Source of the DNA: a virus
Strand: one strand, 5' to 3'
Length of the DNA stretch: 61,774 bases
IMG/VR virus record: IMGVR_UViG_3300045988_110955
This document shows positions 53,345 through 60,677 of this stretch, piece after piece; position 1 is the first letter of the stretch, and each line of letters opens with the position of its first letter. The position numbers and the translations under genes were made by a program. The notes under the pieces are model-generated. The model did no database searches. It saw only the letters and a program-made list of their open reading frames with translations, and had not been told where the DNA came from.

Positions 53345-53406
53345 GCGTTGTAAAAATTGTGACTTTGATTTTCTGTTGATTGAATAAGCGCCTATTCGGC
53401 GAATAG

Positions 53407-53567
53407 TGGATGTATCCGGACTCGAACCGGAAATGGTGGTGTTTTTGCGGCCCCCGATTTTAAGTCGGTTATTCCTAGTATGTCTCGCAAGTTGCAGGTT
53501 TTATGCTGTTATCTTGGAATTTTGCACCTTACATACTGATTAGCGTTTACCAATTTCGCCATACATC
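53407..53567 (-). ncRNA. 161-nt tRNA-Leu-like element with an extra ~73-nt insertion
   Basis: Acceptor GGATGTA/TACATCC plus A73. Leu-type D arm GCG-AAATTGGTAAA-CGC. T arm TCCGG-TTCGAGT-CCGGA. Internal hairpin ACCGA-CTTAAAA-TCGGG (UAA). Long inserted stem CAGTATGT/ACATACTAG. Confidence 0.35.
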
Positions 53568-53692
53568 CGTTTGCCGGGGAATCCCACCCCGGCGAGTTCT
53601 TAATTATTTAAAAATTCTTTCTGCCTGCCTCACGGCGGTATATTAAGGTCTTGGTTAAGAAGTGTATAATAATTAGCAATGTGATTTAAGCG

Positions 53693-53824
53693 TGGTAGCC
53701 GGGGGAACTCGCACCCCCTGTAACCCTAGATAATAATATAACTAGATAACCAATCTAACATTGGACGCACGCCTTGATCGTGCGGCTAAACGAATAATAT
53801 TAAAACTGATCATGGTTCGCTACC
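53693..53824 (-). ncRNA. Second oversize tRNA-like element (weak)
   Basis: 6-bp acceptor-like pairing GGTAGC/GCTACC. GGGGG/CCCCC arm. Hairpin GCACG-ATCAAGG-CGTGC (CAA) followed by CCAAT-GTTAG-ATTGG. AT-rich inserts. Confidence 0.25.
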
Positions 53825-53891
53825 TGCCCTAGCCATTTCCTAGGGTGGGATTCTTCTTTCTTTCATGTGATTAACTTGGTTATTAATAGGT

Positions 53892-54206
53892 CTATCGGTC
53901 TTTTTCGTCAACATCTTCAACCTCGCTCTCGAGATCCTTCTTGATCTCATTGATAGCTTGGATGGTGTTGTCCGCGTTGATAATCGTCTCCTTGTACTCG
54001 ATCAATTGATTGATCTTGCTCTTGTAATTTACCCCGTCGTCACCTAGGTTGTTTATCTCCTCGTGATATCGGATGTCGGCTAATACCTTTTGCTCCTCTA
54101 CGTTGTTTAACGCCGAGTCAAGCGCTCTCATGATCTCTTGACTCCTTAACTCTGACAGTCGATCTGTCTGTTTTTTACCCCTAAGGATAGAAAGGATCTT
54201 TTTCAT
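53892..54206 (-). CDS. Hypothetical coiled-coil protein
   Basis: 104 aa. Confidence 0.6.
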   Translation of the reverse strand: MKKILSILRGKKQTDRLSELRSQEIMRALDSALNNVEEQKVLADIRYHEEINNLGDDGVNYKSKINQLIEYKETIINADNTIQAINEIKKDLESEVEDVDEKDR

Positions 54207-54412
54207 ACTCTCAATAATTTTGTCGTTTTTATTAAATGGATTTTATCGCTAGTGATCGTTGTACATAATGAGGCAAAGGCCATTGAAAATCTATCGCATC
54301 TTTCTTTAACGAAAAAACCGTCTAAGCTGCTTACATTGGGATTTCGAGAGATCTCGAATCCATTGCCGGTAAATCCTGTGCCAAGGATATTTCCTTGTAA
54401 TTCATTTTCCAT
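54203..54412 (-). CDS. Hypothetical protein
   Basis: 69 aa with a 4-nt overlap with the next ORF. Confidence 0.45.
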   Translation of the reverse strand: MENELQGNILGTGFTGNGFEISRNPNVSSLDGFFVKERCDRFSMAFASLCTTITSDKIHLIKTTKLLRV

Positions 54413-54419
54413 ATTCTTT

Positions 54420-54690
54420 ATATTTTAATGTTCGCTCCCCCACAACCTCCAACGGTTTCGAACCCGAATCATAGACGGGTGGGGGAAAATCTTGCGTCCT
54501 TCGTAATGGTTAACCAACGCCGCCGCCGGCGCAACACCAAAAGGAAGTACGAAAGACGCAAGAGTGTTTTATCTATAGCCCATCGTGGTCACGGCGCATA
54601 TATCGCTATCACGTTTCCTCGCTATAGACGGGCACCTCATAACGTTGAAGGCGTTACTGCGTGCCGTGATGTAAAAATGTCAAAGATCTT
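54420..54690 (-). ncRNA. ~270-nt non-coding segment with several long stems
   Basis: TCCCCCAC/GTGGGGGA (8 bp), GCGTCCTTCGTA/TACGAAAGACGC (12 bp, 1 mismatch) enclosing CGCCG/CGGCG, CTATAGC/GCTATAG, and CGGCAC/GTGCCG enclosing TAACG/CGTTA. Confidence 0.35.
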
Positions 54691-54692
54691 AA

Positions 54693-54779
54693 TGGTCACC
54701 GGGGTGGGATTCGAACCCACGGGGTATTTCTACTCCTCTTTAGGAGAGAGGGACGCTTCCAGCTACGTGCTACCCGGCG
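54693..54779 (-). tRNA. tRNA with anticodon CCU (Arg) and an unusually long 14-nt variable region; encoded CCA
   Basis: Acceptor CGCCGGG/CCCGGTG (G2:U71). Anticodon arm CCTCT-CTCCTAA-AGAGG. Variable region A-GTA-GAAA-TAC-CCC. T arm GTGGG-TTCGAAT-CCCAC. A73-CCA. Confidence 0.55.
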
Positions 54780-54787
54780 TTCTCCAC

Positions 54788-54991
54788 CTATTTTAAGGTG
54801 GCGTATTTGATGCAATCCCAAGCGTTACAAAACCATTTCCCGTTCTGAGATTTTGTTGGTTTTTCGCATCTGATAAGTCCCTTCCCTACCAAATCGTAGA
54901 GCCTTCCACGTCCACCTACTATGGAGGCTGCCGTCCTTTGCCCAAAGGTCTTATCGTTAAGGACTATTTTTAATGCTTCCTCGTTTATCAT
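54788..54991 (-). CDS. Small early protein
   Basis: 67 aa. Confidence 0.55.
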   Translation of the reverse strand: MINEEALKIVLNDKTFGQRTAASIVGGRGRLYDLVGKGLIRCEKPTKSQNGKWFCNAWDCIKYATLK

Positions 54992-54996
54992 ATCGC

Positions 54997-55200
54997 TTAT
55001 TTTAATCTGGTTACTTCTATACTGTCAATTCTCCCAGCTACTGATGTCTTAAATAAATACCCCTTCTTTTTTAATCTAGATATTGTATAGATTATGCTTC
55101 GAGGGTTAATATCCTTGTTTAGGAACTCTATCGTTGTTCCTAAAGGAATGGATAACAGCGTGTCTGTTACTGAAATTCTAGTTTTAATTGTATTATTCAT
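54997..55200 (-). CDS. First gene of the leftward early operon (Cro position)
   Basis: 67 aa, divergent from the repressor gene. Confidence 0.55.
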   Translation of the reverse strand: MNNTIKTRISVTDTLLSIPLGTTIEFLNKDINPRSIIYTISRLKKKGYLFKTSVAGRIDSIEVTRLK

Positions 55201-55224
55201 ATTCTTTTACTAAATTTGCTCATT

Positions 55225-55338
55225 GCAACTTTTAAGTTGCGTTTGTTTGCTTGTATTGTTGTTTTATGATGCAAATATAATGCAATTGCATTAATGGTAG
55301 AAATATTATGTGATAAATATTAATGCTTTTGCATTAAT
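55225..55338. promoter_or_regulatory. Immunity switch region with three palindromic operator candidates
   Basis: GCAACTTTTAAGTTGC (55225-55240), TAATGCAATTGCATTA (55278-55293) and ATTAATGC-TTTT-GCATTAAT (55319-55338). A leftward TATATTTG box (55272-55279, - strand) overlaps the second site. Confidence 0.55.
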
Positions 55339-55354
55339 TAACTATGGTCGATAT

Positions 55355-56143
55355 ATGGAGACAATCAATAACAGGATTAAACTAATTGTAGATGAGTTGT
55401 TTGATGGCAATGTTAGTGCATTTTGCCGTAGAGTAGGAGTAAAACAGCCTACTATTAATACAATATTAGGGACTCGTCAAAGTAAGCCTTCATATGATAT
55501 TATTAATGCTATTGCATTATCTGGGCTGGGTGTGTCTTTGGCATGGTTAGTTACAGGATCTGGTGAAATGAAGGATGAGGGGAATGTTAAGGACGAGGTA
55601 TTAGAAATACCTTTAGACCTTAATAAAGGAGATTTCTTAATTGAGAATAATAATGGCGTTAAATTCTATGACTTAGGAAATGGTCGATATCGTATGACTG
55701 TCAGCAAGGTGCCGTTTTGCGCTTATGGCAGGTTTGCTAACGAAAGCGATCGTCTTGATCCGGATAAGGAGGATTGGGAGACCGAGTCTTTCGAATGGGA
55801 TCGGATTGTCCATGGGAGATATTTAGCTTTTGAGGTTAAAGGGGACAGCATGGACAACGGGACGAGAGAGAGTTTTGAGGAAGGCGATGTCGTCCTTGTT
55901 AGGGAGCTGGATAGATCGCATTGGAGAGATGGGCTGCGATATAAGGATCATCCTTATTGGGTTGTCGTGTTTGGGACATCCGTCCTCATAAAGCAGATGA
56001 CAGGCTGCGATATGGACGAGGGTAAGATAACGTTGCACTCACTAAACCCATCTCCAGAGTTTTCCGATTTCTCTTTACCGCTAGATAGCGTGAGGGCTTT
56101 ATATTATGTATTACAGAAAAAGCCTAAAGTCGTGAGATTTTAA
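55355..56143 (+). CDS. CI-like repressor (XRE HTH plus S24 LexA-type peptidase domain)
   Basis: VSAFCRRVGVKQPTINTIL HTH. C-terminal FEVKGDSMDNG...VVVFGTSVLIKQ. Confidence 0.85.
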   Translation: METINNRIKLIVDELFDGNVSAFCRRVGVKQPTINTILGTRQSKPSYDIINAIALSGLGVSLAWLVTGSGEMKDEGNVKDEVLEIPLDLNKGDFLIENNNGVKFYDLGNGRYRMTVSKVPFCAYGRFANESDRLDPDKEDWETESFEWDRIVHGRYLAFEVKGDSMDNGTRESFEEGDVVLVRELDRSHWRDGLRYKDHPYWVVVFGTSVLIKQMTGCDMDEGKITLHSLNPSPEFSDFSLPLDSVRALYYVLQKKPKVVRF

Positions 56144-56254
56144 CGAGAAAGCCATACGCAAAAATGATATGATGTTCTTTAGCGTATCCTTGCCCTGTTA
56201 AAACGTGATAATAAATATTTGATGTATAAATCGATACGATACAAAATGGAGAAA

Positions 56255-56298
56255 TACTTCTAAGCTGTGGGTCATGGGTTCGAATCCCATCCTGATCA
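56255..56298 (+). other. 3' portion of a tRNA gene (T arm plus acceptor strand) without a 5' half: candidate attP core
   Basis: ATGGG-TTCGAAT-CCCAT-CCTGATC-A. No complementary GATCAGG upstream. Lies 155 bp upstream of int. Confidence 0.6.
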
Positions 56299-56302
56299 CG
56301 AA

Positions 56303-56357
56303 GAGCGGAAGTTTATAATTGTTTGATATTTAGCTGTTAAACTTCCGCTTTTGTTTT
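56303..56357 (+). terminator. Strong rho-independent terminator following the tRNA fragment
   Basis: 12-bp stem AGCGGAAGTTTA/TAAACTTCCGCT, then TTTTGTTTT. Confidence 0.75.
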
Positions 56358-56453
56358 AGATCTTTCCCCTTTTGTAGATTAAAAAAAAGGATATAAAGTC
56401 CACTTTTGGACATAAAAGCTTATCCTTCGCGTATCCTAAAAAATTTAATCTAT

Positions 56454-57701
56454 ATGGCTACTTTAAAATTGACACTTTTCAAGGCCAAGGCTCTCAAGGA
56501 TGGGAGGCACAAGGTCAGGGTGGCGGTCTGCCACAAGAGAGAGACTTGTTATATCGTGACGAACGTGATATTAGATAGCGAGTCCCAGTTTAAGAACGGT
56601 CAAGTCGTAAAGAGACCGGACGCTTCTTTTATAAACAAAAGATTGAGGAATATGCTTAATGAGTATCAAGACAAGCTTGACTCGATTAAGAACCAATCGT
56701 TATATACATGCGTGCAGATAAAGGGCATGTTGGTTAATTCAACAGGGGATAACGATATCTCTACGTTCAAGGATGTAAGCTCATCCTATGAAAGGGAGTT
56801 GATCGATAATGGGAGTATCGGGTACTCAAAGCTGATCGAGCGGAATTGCAGGTATTTTACCGAGTTCGTGAAAGGGGATATATTCCTTTCCGATATCACT
56901 CCAGAACTGATAGAAGGTTATTCTAGGTTCTTGAGGAATAAAAAGGGAATTGGGGAGGCCACGAACTCCATGATGATGAGACATACCAAGACTATAATCA
57001 ATAAGGGTATAAAAAGAAGGCTTGTGAAATATGATGTCCATCCTTTCGTAAACTTCCAGATATCGACCTCTCCCGTACGTGAGGTTGACATATCTTTCGA
57101 GTCATTTAATCGTTTGCGAATGGCCGATCCTTCGGAGCGTCGATTAAAGGTGGCGCACGATCTGTTTTGCTTGTCGTTTTATCTTGGAGGTATCAATCTT
57201 ATAGATCTACTCGGCATTGATTTCCGTGGAATCGATACGCTGGAATATGTAAGGACTAAATCTAGGAATATGACGAGGGGAGGCAATAAGATCGTGTTCT
57301 CTATACCAGACCAAGCGAGAGATATTATAGATAGATGGATGGATAAGAGGACTGGCAAGTTGGATTTCGGATATAAGTTTTCCTATCCTAATTTCTCTAG
57401 GTATCTTTCTCGTTCGCTATCCAAATTGGCGCAGTCGTTAGGGATAACGGAAAAAGTGGTGTATTATTCCGCTCGTAAATCTTTCGCTCAATACGCTTCC
57501 GAGATAGGAATCCCGGATGGGGTCATAGATTATTGTTTAGGGCATTCAGATAAGTCGAAAGGCGTGATACGTTATTATACTAAGGTAAAAAAATTTCAAG
57601 CGGACATGGCGATATCAAGGGTAATTGATTACGTTAACAATCCGGATCGTTACCGGGATTATGTGGAGATGAGAAGGGATATAATGATGATGCGTGGGTA
57701 A
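56454..57701 (+). CDS. int: Tyrosine integrase (Bacteroidota phage-integrase type)
   Basis: N-terminal arm-type domain (ATLKLTLFKAKALKDGRHKVRV). C-terminal ARKSFAQY...CLGHSD...VIRYYTK (R..H..R..Y). Confidence 0.9.
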   Translation: MATLKLTLFKAKALKDGRHKVRVAVCHKRETCYIVTNVILDSESQFKNGQVVKRPDASFINKRLRNMLNEYQDKLDSIKNQSLYTCVQIKGMLVNSTGDNDISTFKDVSSSYERELIDNGSIGYSKLIERNCRYFTEFVKGDIFLSDITPELIEGYSRFLRNKKGIGEATNSMMMRHTKTIINKGIKRRLVKYDVHPFVNFQISTSPVREVDISFESFNRLRMADPSERRLKVAHDLFCLSFYLGGINLIDLLGIDFRGIDTLEYVRTKSRNMTRGGNKIVFSIPDQARDIIDRWMDKRTGKLDFGYKFSYPNFSRYLSRSLSKLAQSLGITEKVVYYSARKSFAQYASEIGIPDGVIDYCLGHSDKSKGVIRYYTKVKKFQADMAISRVIDYVNNPDRYRDYVEMRRDIMMMRG

Positions 57702-57888
57702 TATGTTTTTTTTATCATTAATGCTAAATAATATGTGAATATGATAAACTTTCATAAGCCGACAAAGGTTATAGGAATGGGCATTATAGCAACAGTATTA
57801 CTTATCGTGCGACAAGAGACTATAGCGTTAACCTTGAGTATAAATTGTGCATGTCTTAAAAAATTATCAATAATAAAACGTAAATGTT

Positions 57889-58110
57889 ATGGAAAAGAGC
57901 GATCGTCTTGTAGAATTGCTAGAGATTTTGAAAAGGGCTGAATGTATATTTATTGAACAATGGAAAATCTTATATAAAGAGGATGAGATTGACATGGAAG
58001 ATATTTTCAGCATATTCTATAAAGGTAGTAATGATTGTGAAATTCAAGTTAAAAGATTGATAATTAAAAATATAGATAGTGTAGTATGTAATAGGGTGGA
58101 GACTGCATAA
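57889..58110 (+). CDS. Hypothetical protein
   Basis: 73 aa, AT-rich. Confidence 0.45.
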   Translation: MEKSDRLVELLEILKRAECIFIEQWKILYKEDEIDMEDIFSIFYKGSNDCEIQVKRLIIKNIDSVVCNRVETA

Positions 58111-58150
58111 TAATTCGAGTTATAGAAAAGGAAAAATAGACCAATAAAAT

Positions 58151-58188
58151 ACGCCCGTGTCAGAAAAAACACGGGCGTTATACTTTTT
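58151..58188. terminator. Bidirectional terminator between convergent genes
   Basis: ACGCCCGTGT / ACACGGGCGT stem with T-runs on both strands. Confidence 0.7.
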
Positions 58189-58205
58189 GGATGCGACAAA
58201 TAGAA

Positions 58206-58418
58206 CTATTTTGTCCTTTCGACCAAAATCTTTGAAATTCGAACTTGCAGTTGCTGCAACTCGATATTATTCAGTTCTTCCAAATCAATGTTCGCTATTT
58301 TTACTTTCCGATTTTCGTCAAAGGAATTTTTCTTCTCCTCGAGAAGAGCGGTTACTAACTCGTCTATTTGACCCTTGATCTTTTGAGCCTTTAGCTCATA
58401 ATTGATAGTTCTTGCCAT
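58206..58418 (-). CDS. Hypothetical coiled-coil protein
   Basis: 70 aa. Confidence 0.5.
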   Translation of the reverse strand: MARTINYELKAQKIKGQIDELVTALLEEKKNSFDENRKVKIANIDLEELNNIELQQLQVRISKILVERTK

Positions 58419-58435
58419 AATATAGTTTTTTAATG

Positions 58436-58639
58436 TTATTTATTTGTGAAATCAAGCTTATAGCCTAGTGCATCACCTATCTTGGACAGGATGTCTATAC
58501 CAGTGCTGTATTTACCTGTCTCTATCCGGGCGATATTACCCGGGGCTAGGCCTGTAAGTTCAGCTAGTTTGTATTGTGATATCCCGGCCTCCATGCGCAT
58601 CTGGGCTATCCGCTTGCCTATTCGCTCCCGGTCATTCAT
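58436..58639 (-). CDS. XRE-family HTH protein
   Basis: GKRIAQMRMEAGISQYKLAELTGLAPGNIARIETGK. Confidence 0.8.
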   Translation of the reverse strand: MNDRERIGKRIAQMRMEAGISQYKLAELTGLAPGNIARIETGKYSTGIDILSKIGDALGYKLDFTNK

Positions 58640-58823
58640 ATCGCCCTTTCTTTACATTTACTGTTATTACCGTGTAAAATGGAGCCTCCATCCCTACTTG
58701 ACAGTAGGCGTTGCCTTCCTTGTCTACCCAAACAGCCTTACCATAGCTGCTATCTGGATGATTGGTAGTGGATGTTACTTCAATCTCTTCGCCGTTGAAA
58801 TTATTTTTAAGATATGTTTTCAT
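58632..58823 (-). CDS. Small hypothetical protein
   Basis: 63 aa. Overlaps the HTH gene start by 8 nt. Confidence 0.5.
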   Translation of the reverse strand: MKTYLKNNFNGEEIEVTSTTNHPDSSYGKAVWVDKEGNAYCQVGMEAPFYTVITVNVKKGRYE

Positions 58824-58834
58824 ATTTACTATTA

Positions 58835-59107
58835 TTATAAAATTTCTTCGATTTGAAATTCCGCCTCTTTTTCCCAGTCAAAAGAGTCCATATTATCTTC
58901 GTCTTCGTCTGTCAGATAATAATATGCCGTGACTCTGTAGTTTCCAAACTCTATCGGTTCGCCAGCCCATTCGTTTTTACCTATATGCTTCGGATCCTCA
59001 AAAGATGACATTAAGCGGCTGCTTGGTTCTGCCTGAGATTTGAGAGCTTTTTCAACAATTTCTTTCCCGTATTTCTCTTCAATTTCTTTATAAGTATAAG
59101 TCTTCAT
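58835..59107 (-). CDS. Small acidic protein
   Basis: 90 aa. The C-terminal half is D/E-rich (LTDEDEDNMDSFDWEKEAEFQIEEIL). Confidence 0.55.
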   Translation of the reverse strand: MKTYTYKEIEEKYGKEIVEKALKSQAEPSSRLMSSFEDPKHIGKNEWAGEPIEFGNYRVTAYYYLTDEDEDNMDSFDWEKEAEFQIEEIL

Positions 59108-59152
59108 AATATTCGCCCGTCACGCCGGTAGCTCAGCTTTTAATATTAGTTA

Positions 59153-59428
59153 TTATAGCTCTCCCTTTAAAATGTCATTAACGTAAAGCAAAAAGTTTCT
59201 GTCGCTTACTTGATCATCGGCAAAAAAATCAAACAACATGCCGTTGCCAAGTTTGGATATTTTTTCAAATGCGGCTTGCATTAATTGAGACGCTTTTTCC
59301 CTTGTACTCTCAGGGGCTTCGTTAACAAATTTATCGATTCTTTTTTTGACATCTTCAAGCATCATTTCATGTGCTTGCTTTCTGCCTTGCTCTGTCTTGG
59401 ATAGTTCTCTATACGTAGATGTATTCAT
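59153..59428 (-). CDS. Hypothetical protein
   Basis: Internal ATG (MNTSTYRELS...) preferred. Confidence 0.5.
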   Translation of the reverse strand: MNTSTYRELSKTEQGRKQAHEMMLEDVKKRIDKFVNEAPESTREKASQLMQAAFEKISKLGNGMLFDFFADDQVSDRNFLLYVNDILKGEL

Positions 59429-59533
59429 TTCCTTAATGCCGCTTATCCGTTGCCGCCGGTTCTTATTTTGATATTGCAAATATACTATCAAATTTGATAG
59501 TACGCAAGTTTTTCAATGATTATTTTTTATGCT

Positions 59534-59758
59534 CTATGGCATATTTTCTTTTTCCTCCAGTACCTTCTTAAGCTGATATAGGCTTATTATGTCATATTCA
59601 AATGTCGGATTTTCCCAGTTCCGACGTACGGAGTTCGTTTGGACAGAGATAAATTTTCGAAGGTCAAATATGTATTGACACGGGCTTAGCCTGATTTCAT
59701 TAAATGTTATCTCGTAGTTATCAAACCACTCAAGCAGTTGTTTAAGTTTCTCGTTCAT
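59534..59758 (-). CDS. Hypothetical protein
   Basis: Internal ATG (MNEKLKQLLEWF...) preferred. Confidence 0.5.
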   Translation of the reverse strand: MNEKLKQLLEWFDNYEITFNEIRLSPCQYIFDLRKFISVQTNSVRRNWENPTFEYDIISLYQLKKVLEEKENMP

Positions 59759-59903
59759 GGTATATAAATGATTAACACCCGCGAATATACCCAATTTAAC
59801 CTTGCGATTTTAGGATATAAATAATTTTGTCTATATTTGCTTCAAGTTTGTGACTTGTATTATTGATTGGATATTATGTTTAACAATATAATATAGGTCA
59901 CTT

Positions 59904-60062
59904 ATGGATTTTTATAACAACTCATCTCAAAGGCAACAAGTGGACGTTTACTGTCCTGTCCATCATAATTGGATTGGCCACTATGATTATGGCTCCAAGG
60001 GGGTCTATTATTGCTGGTGCAAGAAATGCAAGAAAGAAATCAAAATCGTTATGGGAAAATGA
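59904..60062 (+). CDS. Small zinc-ribbon protein upstream of terS
   Basis: 52 aa read by hand (…CPVHH…CWCKKCKKEI…). ATGA-type overlap with terS. A TATATTTG box at 59832-59839 lies upstream. Confidence 0.4.
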   Translation: MDFYNNSSQRQQVDVYCPVHHNWIGHYDYGSKGVYYCWCKKCKKEIKIVMGK

Positions 60063-60595
60063 AGAGGTTGACACAAAAACAAGAGAATTTCTGTAATTAT
60101 TATATCGAGTGCGGCGGGAACGCTTCCGAGGCGTACAGGCGTGCCTACTCTTGCGATAAATGGAAGGATAAGTCCGTATGGGAGAAGGCTTCGGCTTTAT
60201 TGGATGATGTCAAGGTTCAGTCAAGGGTAAGGGAACTGCAAGAGGAGCAGAAAGTTAAGTCAGATATAACCAAGGAGAAATTACTAGGCGAGTTAGGTAA
60301 CATAGCGTTCTCGTCCATAGCCCACCTCCACAATACATGGATAGAGCGCAAGGAGTTCGAGAGTCTAACGGACAAGGAGAAGTCGGCTATCAAGAGCATA
60401 TCTACTAAAATCCTGAAGAAAAATATAGGGACGAGCGATGACCCGGAAATCATTGACGTGGAATATGTCAAGATAGAGATGCACGATAAGCTGAAAGCCA
60501 TAGAGCGTATCTGTAAGATGCTTGGCTTTGACGCTCCAACCGTGGTAGACCTTGGCAAATCGCTGATCGGAATAGATACCGGAATAGATGATTAG
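60059..60595 (+). CDS. terS: Terminase small subunit
   Basis: LTQKQENFCNYYIECGGNASEAYRRAY is the classic Terminase_2 N-terminus. ATG 60059 is preferred over TTG 60011. Confidence 0.85.
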   Translation: MKRLTQKQENFCNYYIECGGNASEAYRRAYSCDKWKDKSVWEKASALLDDVKVQSRVRELQEEQKVKSDITKEKLLGELGNIAFSSIAHLHNTWIERKEFESLTDKEKSAIKSISTKILKKNIGTSDDPEIIDVEYVKIEMHDKLKAIERICKMLGFDAPTVVDLGKSLIGIDTGIDD

Positions 60596-60677
60596 TGTTC
60601 TATTTTTAAATAAATGGATATGTTTATTAGGAAAAATACGAGGTTTATAATTTTATAATTGTTCTATATTTAATATT

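Noticed and set aside
54455-54475. TTCGAAC motif as a further tRNA T arm
   Set aside because: The flanks give only a 3-bp stem with an 8-nt loop and no adjacent acceptor pairing. It is treated as part of the larger structured segment.
54428-54796. 122-aa + strand ORF
   Set aside because: It is Arg/Pro-rich low-complexity sequence. It runs antisense across the tRNA(CCU) and the stem-rich non-coding segment, and all neighbours are on the - strand.
56255-56298. Functional tRNA gene next to int
   Set aside because: Only the T arm and 3' acceptor strand are present, with no 5' acceptor half or D arm upstream. It is better explained as an attP core.
57735-57941. 68-aa + strand ORF after int
   Set aside because: It overlaps 57889-58110, has a GTG-type start in an AT-rich spacer, and is hydrophobic low-complexity sequence. 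It is not supportable.
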